A stretch of 64,000 bases of DNA, taken from the NCBI GenBank assembly GCA_017467605.1, contig JAFUSQ010000026.1:1976-65975 (forward strand). Reading direction: 5' to 3'. The notes beneath the pieces were generated by a model that worked only from the letters and a program-made list of their open reading frames with translations, was not told the DNA's origin and made no database searches. Within the stretch, counting starts at the first letter, position 1, and each line of letters begins with the position of its first letter. A program made the translations under genes and the position numbers. Positions 1-10,900 of this stretch are shown here, piece by piece. The DNA is from a bacterium (lineage in GTDB: Bacteria; Cyanobacteriota; Vampirovibrionia; Gastranaerophilales; Gastranaerophilaceae).

Positions 1-281
1 TTTATCAAGTTTTTTTCGATAAGTCTATAAAAATTTTGGTCAAGTCTATTGTAATCAGAAAAATTTACTCTATATGGAATAATGCTTTCATTAAATTTTG
101 TATTAAGTTCTTCGATTATATTTTGCGGAATTTCGTTATTAGCCTTAATTAATATATCTAAATCAGAACTTTTTGTGTAATCACCTTTTACTCTTGAGCC
201 GTAATAATAAAATTCATAGGGGTATTCACTAATAATTTTTTTTATAATTTGTTCTTCTTTTTTTGTAATTCCTGTAATCAT
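1..281 (-). CDS. MNT-type minimal nucleotidyltransferase (partner of the HEPN protein); C-terminal end cut by the window edge
   Basis: Own minus-strand translation from ATG at 281: MITGITKKEEQIIKKIISEYPYEFYYYGSRVKGDYTKSSDLDILIKANNEIPQ... It contains the GSRxxGxxxxxSDxDxL nucleotidyltransferase motif. The start overlaps the HEPN stop (TAATG). Confidence 0.75.
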   Translation of the reverse strand, partial: MITGITKKEEQIIKKIISEYPYEFYYYGSRVKGDYTKSSDLDILIKANNEIPQNIIEELNTKFNESIIPYRVNFSDYNRLDQNFYRLIEKNLI

Positions 282-697
282 TAGTCCTCTAATGTTTTTT
301 CAAGTTCGTTGATTAAAAATTCAGTATCTTTGATAAAATTTGGTATAATATCCATCAAAACGTATGTTTTTTCAATGTCATATTCGTGCGAAGTGGTGTT
401 CCTCTTTAATCTGTATTCAGTCCAGCGTTCAAAGTCTTTAATAAAACCCAATCCGTACATATCTCTGAAAATATTGTTTATTGTAAGCTCTTTTTCATCT
501 TTATCGTATTCTTTTTTGAGGTATTTATTCATTATTTTTTTTGCAGTTTCGTATGTATATTCAAACCTTTTTATACATGAATCTTTTATATATGTTTTAA
601 TTTTATCATTTTTTTCTGCAATGTAATCTTTATAACACTCTGATAGAGTATTGTAGCTATTTTTCAGTGAAGATAAATCGAGTTCATTCTTTTTCAT
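281..697 (-). CDS. HEPN-domain protein (HI0074-like nucleotidyltransferase substrate-binding subunit)
   Basis: 138-aa ORF with an Rx4H motif (RNTTSH) near the C-terminus. It is translationally coupled to an MNT-type nucleotidyltransferase ORF. Confidence 0.8.
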   Translation of the reverse strand: MKKNELDLSSLKNSYNTLSECYKDYIAEKNDKIKTYIKDSCIKRFEYTYETAKKIMNKYLKKEYDKDEKELTINNIFRDMYGLGFIKDFERWTEYRLKRNTTSHEYDIEKTYVLMDIIPNFIKDTEFLINELEKTLED

Positions 698-754
698 AAA
701 TTCATAATAGTATAAAAATGTGCCTGACCTAAGTTTATTACAAAATGTAAAGAT

Positions 755-838
755 GTATTTTAAAATATCTCAAACCCAATTATACTGCTCTATATGATAT
801 GATATGATATGATGTAGTGTGCCTATAGCAATTAATTT
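755..838 (+). promoter_or_regulatory. Conserved promoter module, copy 1: -10 TATACT at 781-786, then (ATATG)x4 at 792-811
   Basis: About 85 nt nearly identical to 11986-12070 and 44256-44340, and located 54 nt upstream of ORF 892. Confidence 0.5.
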
Positions 839-891
839 TTGCTTTCGTTGTTTAATTAAATGTAAGGGAAAACAAAAGAAAGGTAGAAATT

Positions 892-1269
892 ATGGCAGTA
901 GAAGCAATTAATGTAAATCAACAGGTATTACCTCCGAAAAAGACAGGCGGTGCCGGAAAAGCTTGGGCATCAGTATTTATTCCTGGTTTAGGTCAATTTT
1001 TGGACGGAAGAAACAAAGAAGGTGCTATTTATATGGGTACAAATTTAGGTGCATCAATCGGTGCATATGCTTTGGGAAATAGTATAGGTAAAGATATTTT
1101 TCAAGCGACTCAAAAAGCCATGGAAACAGACGGAATGTTTGATGTTTCTAAATATTTATCAAAAATGCCTAAGGGTAAAATTTATGGAGCAATTGCATTG
1201 GGAATAGGAAGTACGATTCTATGGATTGCAAACATTGTTGATGCTTATAAAGGTAAAAAACATAGTTAA
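892..1269 (+). CDS. Small membrane protein (PGLGQ motif, two hydrophobic segments)
   Basis: 125-aa ORF with AG-rich SD (aaagaaagg) about 9 nt upstream. Gly/Ala-rich hydrophobic stretches are present. Function unknown. Confidence 0.6.
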   Translation: MAVEAINVNQQVLPPKKTGGAGKAWASVFIPGLGQFLDGRNKEGAIYMGTNLGASIGAYALGNSIGKDIFQATQKAMETDGMFDVSKYLSKMPKGKIYGAIALGIGSTILWIANIVDAYKGKKHS

Positions 1270-1327
1270 GCATATAAATGATAAGAAAGGAATTTATAGG
1301 TTTTGGACAATATGTTCAAAACCTTAT

Positions 1328-1537
1328 TTATATAAAGAATTTGTAAATTTCAATGTTTAATTTAGATGCAATAAGAATTAGTCTTTTGACGCTTGGAACT
1401 CTCCTTCCGCATTCAATAGCAGCAATATAATCCTTTGACAAACCTGTCATTATAGACAGTTTTAGCTGGGTAATTCCTTTTTCTTTGCGGAATTTTTTAA
1501 TGTTATTTTGCAAAGTTAATATTGTACTATTTGACAT
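1328..1537 (-). CDS. XRE-family helix-turn-helix transcriptional regulator
   Basis: 69-aa ORF. KGITQLKLSIMTGLSKDYIAAIECGRRVPS matches the Cro/C1 HTH pattern. It is divergent from a pilin-like gene. Confidence 0.8.
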   Translation of the reverse strand: MSNSTILTLQNNIKKFRKEKGITQLKLSIMTGLSKDYIAAIECGRRVPSVKRLILIASKLNIEIYKFFI

Positions 1538-1604
1538 ACTTTTATTGTAGTGTTATGATTCCCAAAAAAGTTGTACATATAGTACAATTTTTAAGGAGGT
1601 CAAA

Positions 1605-2264
1605 TTGAAAAAATTTTTTGCATTTACTTTGGCAGAAGTACTTATTACACTTGGAATAATTGGGGTCGTTTCTGCATTGACGCTTCCGAATTTTTTACAT
1701 AATTATTATGAAAAACAGACTGTTGCAAAATTAAAATCAACTTATTCAATTTTGAGTCGGGCAATAAAACTTTCAAGTGAGGATAATGGCTTGCCCGAGG
1801 AGTGGAATATGACGGGTCGAAATAAAGCCAGTTCGGAAATCGCAGCAAGAAAGCTTTTACCATATCTTAAAGCAGCTTTAGATTGCGGTACTGATGATAT
1901 TGATAATAAATGTGTTTCAAAAAATAGAAGTTTATTAAACGGAACTGTCATTGAATGGGGAACAAATTCTTATAAAATTTTGTTGTTAAACGGTGCTTCT
2001 CTTATTATCGCTGGAGGAGAACAAAGTAATGGAATATATTTATATTTTCAAGTAGATATTAACGGTATTGCAAAACCTAATGTATGGGGCAGAGATATAT
2101 TTGAGTTTTCGTATAGAGAAAATTTGGGGCTCTTACCATCAGGAAATCCTCAAAATGCTTCAAATACTTATAAAACTTTTTGCAAAGATACAAATTCAAC
2201 CGGTTATGGCTGCGCATATTATGTTTTGCAATTTGGAAATATGAATTATTTACGCAAAAAATAA
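1605..2264 (+). CDS. Type IV pilin-like protein (prepilin-type N-terminal cleavage/methylation domain)
   Basis: N-terminus MKKFFAFTLAEVLITLGIIGVVSALTLP (FTLxE plus hydrophobic helix). TTG start with SD aaggagg 5 nt upstream. Confidence 0.8.
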   Translation: MKKFFAFTLAEVLITLGIIGVVSALTLPNFLHNYYEKQTVAKLKSTYSILSRAIKLSSEDNGLPEEWNMTGRNKASSEIAARKLLPYLKAALDCGTDDIDNKCVSKNRSLLNGTVIEWGTNSYKILLLNGASLIIAGGEQSNGIYLYFQVDINGIAKPNVWGRDIFEFSYRENLGLLPSGNPQNASNTYKTFCKDTNSTGYGCAYYVLQFGNMNYLRKK

Positions 2265-2582
2265 GGTGTTTTGCCAAAAGGTATAAAGAATTTATTGACA
2301 CAATATTTTTAGCCTCAAAAATTGTTACAAAAATTTACAAAAAATTGCTAAAAATAACAAGTGTAAGCTTGACTACTAATATTGAAGTAATAAGATGAAA
2401 TAACATGCAAAAGTAAAGTCGGGTGAACTGTGCGAAAGCTTGTAAGTTTGACTAAGCAAGGGTTTTACCAACTTTTACAACTATCAAAAATTTGCATTTT
2501 CCGCCATGCCCGGCGGGGGTTTACAGCCTTAAGTTAGAAAAAAGATTTTTTAGTAGTACACCATTTAAAATGAGGTGAATTG

Positions 2583-5500
2583 ATGTCTAAGACAAAATAT
2601 GCAAAAAGGGTAACTCCGATGGGTATTCCCCATACTCGTTTGGACGATTTACCGGACCTTATTGAAGTGCAAAAAAAATCGTTTGAATGGTTTTTAAAAG
2701 AAGGTTTGAAAGAAGAATTACTTTCATTCTCTCCTATTAAAGACTATACAGGCAGATTAGAATTGCATTTCTTACCAAATTACACATTCGACAATGCAAA
2801 ATACACAGTCGAAGAAGCAAGAATTCATGACGCAACTTATGCAAAACAATTGCGCGTTATGATCAGATTAGTTAACCGTGACAGCGGTGAAATTAAAGAA
2901 CAAGAAGTTTACATCGGCGATATTCCGACAATGACTGACAAAGGTACATTCATTGTAAACGGTGCAGAACGTGTAATCGTATCACAAATCGTACGTTCTC
3001 CGGGTGTTTACTTCAAATGCGACCCGTCACCGACAGGAAAACGTTTGTATAACGCAACAATGATTCCTAACCGTGGTGCTTGGTTGAAAATTGAAACAGA
3101 TTCTAACGATATTATTCACGTTAAAATCGACAAAAACAGAAAAATCTTGGCTACAACATTGTTGAAAGCTATGGGTATAACTGTTTCTGAAATGGAATCA
3201 AAATTCACTCACTTTGAATTTTTGAAGAAAACTTTGGAAAAAGACCCTACAGAAACAACTGATGAAGCATTAGTTGAATTATACAAAAAATTAAGACCGG
3301 GCGATCCGGCTTCTGCTGCAGGTGGACGTCAAATCTTAGAATCAAGATTCTTTGATGAAAAGAAATACGATATAGGTCGTGTTGGTCGTTATAAATTAAA
3401 TAAAAAATTGAACTTAAATATTCCGAATAATCAAAGAACTTTGACCGTTGAAGATATTGTTTCAACAATCGAATATTTAATCAATTTAACATATGATGAA
3501 GGTCAGTTAGATGATATTGACCACTTAGGAAACAGAAGAATTCGTTCAGTTGGTGAATTGTTACAAAACCAATTCAGAGTCGGTCTTTCAAGAATTGAAA
3601 GAATTGTTAAAGAAAGAATGACTTTGCAGGATTCTGAAACATTAACACCATTGAACTTATTGAATACAAAACCTTTGGTTGCTTCATTAAAAGAATTCTT
3701 TGGTTCTTCACAGTTATCACAATTTATGGACCAAACAAACCCATTGGCTGAATTGACTCACAAACGTCGTATATCAGCATTAGGGCCTGGTGGTTTGCAA
3801 AGAGAACGTGCAGGTTTTGCGGTTCGTGATATTCACCCGTCTCACTACGGACGTATTTGTCCGATTGAAACACCTGAAGGTCCGAACGCAGGTTTGATAG
3901 GTTCATTGGCTACTCACGCTAAAGTTAACGACTACGGATTTGTAGAATCTCCATTCTTTGTTGTTAAAGACGGTGTTGTAACTGATGAAGTTGTTTATAT
4001 GACTGCAGATGCCGACGAAAACTTCCGTTGTGCTCCTGCTGACGTAAAATTGACAAAAGACAGAAAATTTGTTGATAAGGTTGTCCCTGCAAGGTATCGT
4101 TCAGAATTTATTATGTGCGATGCCTCAAAAATTGACTATGTGGGTGTATGTCCTATTCAAATCATTTCAGTTGCAACATCAATGATTCCGTTTATTGAAC
4201 ATGATGACGCTAACCGTGCATTGATGGGTTCTAACATGCAGCGTCAAGCAGTACCTCTTTTGATTACTCAAAGACCAAGAGTTGGTACAGGTCTTGAATC
4301 TCGTGTAGCAAAAGACTCAGGAATGGTTATCGTAGCTGATGTTGACGGTGTTGTTGAAAGAGTTGTCGGTGAAGAAATTGTAGTTCGCGATCAACACAAC
4401 AAACCGCACATCTATACATTAATGAAATACGTTAGATCTAACCAAGATACATGTATTAACCAAAGGCCTATTGTTCACGAAGGCGACAAGGTTAAAGCCG
4501 GTGATGTAATCGCTGATGGTGCTTCAACTTGCGGTGGTGAACTTTCATTAGGTAAAAACATTTTGGTTGCTTATATGCCTTGGGAAGGTTATAACTTTGA
4601 AGATGCGATTCTTTTATCTGAAAGATGTGTGCATGATGATATCTTCACTTCATTACACATTGAAAAATTAGAAATAGAAGCGCGTCAAACAAAACTCGGA
4701 CCGGAAGAAATTACCCGTGAAATTCCGAATGTTTCAGAAGATGCTTTGAGACACTTAGATGAACGCGGTATTGTTCGTATTGGTGCAAGAGTTTATGCAG
4801 ACGACATTTTGGTTGGTAAAGTTACACCGAAAGGTGAATCTGAACACCCGCCTGAAGAAAAATTATTAAGAGCAATCTTTGCAGAAAAAGCAAGAGATGT
4901 TAAAGATAACTCTTTGAGAGTACCTCACGGTGAAGGCGGCAGAGTACTTGACGTTAAGGTATTTGACAGAGAAAAAGGTGACGAATTACCGCCCGGAGCT
5001 AATACAGTAATTAGAGTTTACATTGCTCAAAAACGTAAGGTTTCTGTTGGTGATAAACTTTCAGGACGTCACGGTAACAAGGGTATTGTATCTCGTATAT
5101 TACCTAAAGAAGATATGCCGTTCTTGCCTGACGGAACACCTGTTGATATCGTATTGAATCCTCTTGGTGTACCTTCTCGTATGAACGTTGGTCAAACTTA
5201 TGAATTATTGTTAGGTTTGGCTGCATACTTGACCGGAGATCATTACGAAGCTCCTGCATTTGATGAAATGTACGGTGAAAATCAATCAGAAATAGCTACA
5301 AAAGCTGAACTTATAAGAGGTATTAAAGAATCCGGCTATGACTGGGTTGGCGAAGACGGTAAGGTTATGCTTATTGACGGTAGAACCGGTGAACCGTTTG
5401 ACAGACCTGTTGCAGTAGGTTTGACATACTTCTTGAAACTTGTTCACCTTGTTGATGATAAGATTCACGCTCGTTCAACAGGTCCTTATTCATTAGTAAC

Positions 5501-5900
5501 TCAACAACCGTTGGGTGGTAAGGCTCAGTTTGGCGGACAAAGATTCGGTGAAATGGAAGTTTGGGCATTGGAAGCTTACGGTGCAGCTTATACTCTGCAA
5601 GAAATGTTAACAATTAAATCAGATGACGTTAACGGACGTAACAGAGCTTATGAAGCTATCGTTAAGGGTGACAATATCCCAAGACCGGGTATTCCTGAAT
5701 CATTCAAGGTACTTGTAAGAGAATTACAAAGTATCGGTTTAGATATAACAGTAGCGAAAAAAGACGGTCAGGAAGTTGACTTGATGACTGATATGGACGA
5801 TTTGAGAAAAGCTGCTCCAAAGCGTACATTGTCAGATGTTGACTCAGAGTTATTGAATATCAATTTCTTTGAAACACCGACCACTTTTGGCGATTTATAG
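2583..5900 (+). CDS. rpoB: DNA-directed RNA polymerase subunit beta
   Basis: About 1105 aa with typical beta motifs ([45 protein letters not shown]). ATG at 2583, 3 nt inside the TTG-initiated ORF. SD gaggtg upstream. Confidence 0.97.
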   Translation: MSKTKYAKRVTPMGIPHTRLDDLPDLIEVQKKSFEWFLKEGLKEELLSFSPIKDYTGRLELHFLPNYTFDNAKYTVEEARIHDATYAKQLRVMIRLVNRDSGEIKEQEVYIGDIPTMTDKGTFIVNGAERVIVSQIVRSPGVYFKCDPSPTGKRLYNATMIPNRGAWLKIETDSNDIIHVKIDKNRKILATTLLKAMGITVSEMESKFTHFEFLKKTLEKDPTETTDEALVELYKKLRPGDPASAAGGRQILESRFFDEKKYDIGRVGRYKLNKKLNLNIPNNQRTLTVEDIVSTIEYLINLTYDEGQLDDIDHLGNRRIRSVGELLQNQFRVGLSRIERIVKERMTLQDSETLTPLNLLNTKPLVASLKEFFGSSQLSQFMDQTNPLAELTHKRRISALGPGGLQRERAGFAVRDIHPSHYGRICPIETPEGPNAGLIGSLATHAKVNDYGFVESPFFVVKDGVVTDEVVYMTADADENFRCAPADVKLTKDRKFVDKVVPARYRSEFIMCDASKIDYVGVCPIQIISVATSMIPFIEHDDANRALMGSNMQRQAVPLLITQRPRVGTGLESRVAKDSGMVIVADVDGVVERVVGEEIVVRDQHNKPHIYTLMKYVRSNQDTCINQRPIVHEGDKVKAGDVIADGASTCGGELSLGKNILVAYMPWEGYNFEDAILLSERCVHDDIFTSLHIEKLEIEARQTKLGPEEITREIPNVSEDALRHLDERGIVRIGARVYADDILVGKVTPKGESEHPPEEKLLRAIFAEKARDVKDNSLRVPHGEGGRVLDVKVFDREKGDELPPGANTVIRVYIAQKRKVSVGDKLSGRHGNKGIVSRILPKEDMPFLPDGTPVDIVLNPLGVPSRMNVGQTYELLLGLAAYLTGDHYEAPAFDEMYGENQSEIATKAELIRGIKESGYDWVGEDGKVMLIDGRTGEPFDRPVAVGLTYFLKLVHLVDDKIHARSTGPYSLVTQQPLGGKAQFGGQRFGEMEVWALEAYGAAYTLQEMLTIKSDDVNGRNRAYEAIVKGDNIPRPGIPESFKVLVRELQSIGLDITVAKKDGQEVDLMTDMDDLRKAAPKRTLSDVDSELLNINFFETPTTFGDL

Positions 5901-5909
5901 TAGATTACA

Positions 5910-5965
5910 ACCCTCCCCTTGAGGGAGGGTCGACATCTTTGATGTCGGGGCGGGTAATTCCCGCC
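5910..5965. repeat. Three consecutive short GC-rich hairpins (REP-like) between rpoB and rpoC1
   Basis: ccctccc/gggaggg (5911-5929), cgacatc/gatgtcg (5931-5947) and ggcggg/cccgcc (5949-5965). The same ccctc/gaggg family recurs in many intergenic regions. Confidence 0.7.
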
Positions 5966-5990
5966 AATAATAAAAAGGAGAAAATGACAA

Positions 5991-7700
5991 ATGTCAACAA
6001 GCATTGATTATTTTGATTATATACGAATAAGTATTGCTTCTCCGGAAAGAATACTTCAATGGTCGCACGGCGAAGTTACAAAACCGGAAACAATTAACTA
6101 TCGTACATTAAAACCGGAAAGAGACGGTTTATTCTGCGAAAGAATTTTTGGGCCGACAAAGGACTGGGAATGCTATTGCGGTAAGTATAAAAGAGTAAGA
6201 CATAAAGGTATCATTTGTGAACGCTGCGGTGTTGAAGTTACAGATTCAAAAGTAAGACGTCACAGAATGGGACACATCAAATTGGCTGCTCCTGTTTCTC
6301 ACATTTGGTTCTTAAAAGGTATTCCTTCATATCTTGGTTTACTTTTGGATATGACATTGAAGGATTTGGAACAAGTTATCTATTTCAACAGCTATGTTGT
6401 ATTAGATGGCGGTGATTCTGATTTCAAAAAACTTCAATTATTATCAGAAGAAGAATATGAAGACTACATGGCTGAAAACGAAGAATCAACATTAAAAGTT
6501 GGTATTGGTGCAGAAGCAATTAAAGAACTTTTATCAGAAGTTGATATCAAGACTTTGGCCGAAGAAATCAGAACAGAATTAGCAGGAAATGTAACATCTG
6601 TTCAAAAGAAATCTAAATTAATTAAGAGATTAAGATTGTTAGATTCTTTAATCTCATCAGATACAAATCCAACTTGGATGATTATGGACGTACTTCCTGT
6701 TACTCCACCGGATTTGAGACCTATGGTTCAATTGGACGGCGGACGTTTTGCAACATCAGATTTGAATGATTTGTACAGACGTGTAATTAACAGAAACAAC
6801 CGTTTACAAAGACTTTTGGAAATGGGTGCTCCTGAAATTATTGTTAGAAACGAAAAACGTATGCTTCAAGAAGCGGTTGATGCGTTAATTGATAACGGCC
6901 GCCGAGGAAGAACAGTTGTTGGCCCTAACAACAGAGCATTAAAATCTTTATCTAACATCATTGAAGGTAAACAAGGTCGTTTCCGTCAAAACTTGTTAGG
7001 TAAACGTGTTGACTACTCAGGTCGTTCAGTTATCGTTGTAGGTCCTACACTTCAATTGAATCAATGCGGTTTGCCTAAAGAAATGGCTATCGAATTGTTC
7101 AAACCGTTTGTTGTTAATAAACTTATCGAAAGAGGATATGTTCAAAACATCAAATCTGCTAAGAAGAAAATTGAAAGATCCGAACACATTGTTTGGGATA
7201 TCTTGGAAGAAGTAATTGACGGACACCCTGTAATGTTAAACAGAGCTCCAACCCTTCACAGATTAGGTATTCAAGCATTTGAACCAAAATTGGTTGAAGG
7301 TCGCGCAATTCAACTTCACCCGCTTGCTTGTACAGCATTCAACGCCGATTTCGACGGTGACCAAATGGCTGTTCACGTTCCGCTTTCAATTGAAGCTCAA
7401 GCTGAAGCAAGAATGTTGATGCTTGCAACTAATAACTTATTAGCTCCTGCTAACGGAAAACCAATTGTTACACCTTCTCAGGATATGGTCTTGGGTATGT
7501 ATTACTTAACTACTATCAAAGATCCTAACCAAGAAGTTAAAGGTTATTTCTATAACTTTGCAGATGCTATTTCAGCGTTTGAAGTCGGAGTAATCAAACT
7601 TCATGACAAAATCATTGTTCGTGATGAAAAGAACGAAAGACTTGAAACAACAGTTGGTAGAATTATCTTCAATGAAGAAGTTAGAAAAGCGTTAGTATAA
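5991..7700 (+). CDS. rpoC1: DNA-directed RNA polymerase subunit gamma (N-terminal part of beta-prime)
   Basis: 569 aa with the zinc-binding CxCGK...CxxC and the [12 protein letters not shown] catalytic motif. It ends at a real stop and is followed by a separate rpoC2. Confidence 0.95.
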   Translation: MSTSIDYFDYIRISIASPERILQWSHGEVTKPETINYRTLKPERDGLFCERIFGPTKDWECYCGKYKRVRHKGIICERCGVEVTDSKVRRHRMGHIKLAAPVSHIWFLKGIPSYLGLLLDMTLKDLEQVIYFNSYVVLDGGDSDFKKLQLLSEEEYEDYMAENEESTLKVGIGAEAIKELLSEVDIKTLAEEIRTELAGNVTSVQKKSKLIKRLRLLDSLISSDTNPTWMIMDVLPVTPPDLRPMVQLDGGRFATSDLNDLYRRVINRNNRLQRLLEMGAPEIIVRNEKRMLQEAVDALIDNGRRGRTVVGPNNRALKSLSNIIEGKQGRFRQNLLGKRVDYSGRSVIVVGPTLQLNQCGLPKEMAIELFKPFVVNKLIERGYVQNIKSAKKKIERSEHIVWDILEEVIDGHPVMLNRAPTLHRLGIQAFEPKLVEGRAIQLHPLACTAFNADFDGDQMAVHVPLSIEAQAEARMLMLATNNLLAPANGKPIVTPSQDMVLGMYYLTTIKDPNQEVKGYFYNFADAISAFEVGVIKLHDKIIVRDEKNERLETTVGRIIFNEEVRKALV

Positions 7701-7704
7701 AATA

Positions 7705-7886
7705 AGTAGGATAAGTAGTTAAGTGCGATAAGTAGGATGAGTTCTTTACAGACTTTAGAATTGCTAAATCCGAACAAATAGTTAAAATACCGAATAAATG
7801 ATAAGAACTTATCAAACTTAACAAACCTATCAAACTTATCCAACTAAAATAAAAGAATGTAGGGTGGGGTACCTACCCCACCAAAT
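7705..7886. repeat. Degenerate GATAAGT/ACTTATC imperfect palindrome plus the perfect palindrome ggtggggtacctaccccacc
   Basis: Left half is rich in ataagtagg units and right half in acttatc units. The palindrome lies at about 7865-7884. Related arrays occur at 26040-26122, 27800-27850, 33171-33245, 44160-44200 and 60320-60360. Confidence 0.6.
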
Positions 7887-7907
7887 AAAATATAAAGGAA
7901 AATTAGA

Positions 7908-10900
7908 ATGGAAATGACATATACACATGCAAAGAAAACTCCTGATTTCATTAACAAACAAATGGACAAAGGTTCTTTGAAGAAATTGTTAGGTCAAATG
8001 TATTTGGAATACGGCGGAGCGAAAGCTGCATCTTTAGCAAATGCTCTTAAAAATTTAGGCTATAAATACGCTACTGTTTCAGGTACGACAATTTCAATTG
8101 CTGACTTATCGGTTCCTGAGTCTAAGAAAGCGTTGTTAAAATCAGCAGAAGAAGAAATTGAAAAATCTACAAACAGATACCTAAAAGGTGAAATCACAGA
8201 GGTAGAAAGATATACAAAAGTTATTGACACTTGGTCAGAAACAACAGCTAAGTTGACTGAACAAGTTGTAGAAAATTTTGACAGATTAAACCCTGTATAT
8301 ATGATGGCATTCTCCGGAGCTCGTGGTAACTTATCACAGGTTTCACAGCTGGTTGGTATGAGAGGTTTGATGGCTGATGCACAAGGTCAAATTATTGACT
8401 TGCCGATTAAATCAAACTTTAAAGAAGGCTTATCCGTTACGGAATACATCATTTCATCATACGGTGCTCGTAAAGGGTTAGTAGATACAGCGTTGAAAAC
8501 AGCCGATTCAGGTTATTTAACAAGACGTTTGGTTGACGTTGCACAAGATGTAATAATTAGAGCTGACGATTGTCATACTGATAAATATATTAATATGAAG
8601 CCGATTATGGACGGAGATGTTGTTATCGTTCCATTAATCGACAGATTATTAGGCAGAACAGTTGCTCAAGATATTGTTGATGCTGATGGTAATGTTTTAG
8701 TTGCTAATGGTACAACAATGGATAGAAATGATATTAAGAAAATTTCAAACTTAGATTTGCAAGAACTTAAAGTTCGTTCAGGTTTAACTTGTGGTTTGGA
8801 ATATGGTGTCTGCCAAAAATGTTACGGTTGGGCAATGACAACACAAAAACTTGTTGATATCGGTGAAGCTATCGGTATTATTGCAGCTCAGTCAATCGGT
8901 GAACCCGGTACACAGCTTACAATGAGAACCTTCCACACAGGCGGTGCGGTTGGTGTTAAAGAAGCTAAGAAAGAAATTTTAGCTCGTGAAGCAGGTACGG
9001 TAATTTCAAAAATTAAAGCAAGAGAACTTAGAACTCGTCACGGTGATGTTGTACAAGTTTCTATGTACGAAGCTGATATTGAAGTTAAAGGCGAAAAACG
9101 TACAACTAAATATCACATTCCTGCAGGTGCAACATTGTTTGTAACTGATGGAATGAAGGTTTCTAAAAACTTCAAAATGGCAGAACATGCTCCATCATCT
9201 CAAGGTGACAGTTCTCGTTTGACAGAAAAAGCTACAAAAGATATTACAACTGATATTTCAGGTGAAATCGTATTTGAAGATTTCAAAGCTGATGAAAAGA
9301 AAGACAGACAAGGTAATATTTCAAGAACAACTAATAAACAAGGTGTTATTTGGGTATTAGGCGGTGATGTTTATACATTACCTGGTGGTTCTAAAGTTCT
9401 TGTTAAAGATGGACAACAAGTAACTGAGGGCGAAAAACTTGCTGAAACATTGACTATTTCTGAACATGGCGGTGAAGTCAGAGTTGGTGAAGATTTAGTT
9501 ATTGAAGATGCTCAATTTGACGGTAAAAAGATTAAGAAAATTGTTCAAGGTAAAGAATTAACAATTGTTATTGCATCTTTGAAGCCTGAAAATGCATCAT
9601 TTGAACAAACTAAAAAAGAACAACTTTGGACTGTAGATAAAACAGGCGAAAAATATATTGTTAAAGCTCCTGTTGATACAACAGTAGAAAACGGTATGAT
9701 TATTGCCGAATTAATTGATGATGATTGTGCAGTTACTTCATCAGGTGAAATCAGATACGTTGATGTTGAAGTAGACGAAAATCAAATCATTACAAAACCT
9801 GGTAAAGTTGTATTTATACCTGAAGAAGTACATCAAATTAATAAAGATTCATCATTGAAAATGGTAGAAAACGGTGCAACTGTTACTGCGGGTACAGAAG
9901 TTGTTAAAGATGTATATTGTCACATTGACGGTGTTGTAGAATTCAAAGAATACAACGACGTAATTCACGAAATTACAATCAGACCCGGCGAAGTTCATAC
10001 TTTATCAAACATTTCAGAATTGAAAGTTGATGAAGGTGAAGTTGTTAAGAAAGGTACGGTAATTGCTGAAGGAATTAAGGCAAAAGCTACATCTATTGTT
10101 ACAATTATGGATTCATCAGTTGATGAATTAGCTTCATTAGATGATTTAGATGAAGAACTGGATTCATCTCTTTCATTAGATGATGATTCTATTGCTAACC
10201 AGCCTGTACAAATTCTTGTAAGACCTGTTCAAGTATTAGAAGTTACACAAAAAGATGTATCAATTAAATTTGATGCATCAGACGAATTAATTGATATCAT
10301 TCCTGTAACTCAATTACAATACAAAGACGGTGCAAGAGTTAGAAATGTTGATGGTGCAACAATTACAAGAACAAGCTTAGTGCTTCAAATGCAAGGGTAC
10401 TTATCACATCTTAAAGGTATGGTAGAACTTGACAAGAAAGGTGCTTTAAGAATTGTTGTGTTAGAAAACTTGATTGTACGTCGTGAAATGGAAGGTTCTG
10501 CTCAATCTTCATTACAAACAGCATTGCTTGTTAAGAATGGCCAAACAATTAAACCAAAAACTCCTGTTGCAAAAACTCAGGTTCTTGCAATGCATGATGC
10601 GGTAGCATCAATTAAAAATAAAGCTGATGATATCAGAAGACTTCTTTTAATATCTGAAAGCTCAGAAACTAATGTTAACGTAAAGGGCAAAGCAGTTGTT
10701 AAGAAAGGTGACTTTATTAAAACCGATAAGGTTCTTGCTGAAAGTGGAGAAACTTCTCCGGTATCAGGTATTGTAACCGGTGTTAATAAAGGCAAGATTT
10801 CAATCAGAAACGGTCGTCCTTACTTAATCAGCCCGGGTACAATGTTACAAATCGATTCAGGCTCTTTGGTATTAAGAGGTGACTTACTTGCAACATTAGT

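Noticed and set aside
792-811. (ATATG)x4 runs (also 12023-12042 and 44294-44313) considered as a CRISPR array or a phase-variable microsatellite
   Set aside because: The units are 5 nt with no spacers, so this is not a CRISPR array. All three loci have exactly the same copy number within a longer conserved module, which argues for a fixed regulatory motif rather than slippage-driven variation.
7701-7907. Gap between rpoC1 and rpoC2 considered as a frameshift or pseudogenisation of rpoC
   Set aside because: rpoC1 ends at a clean stop after the expected gamma-subunit boundary, and rpoC2 has its own SD (aaagga) and ATG. The split is the normal state in the cyanobacterial lineage.
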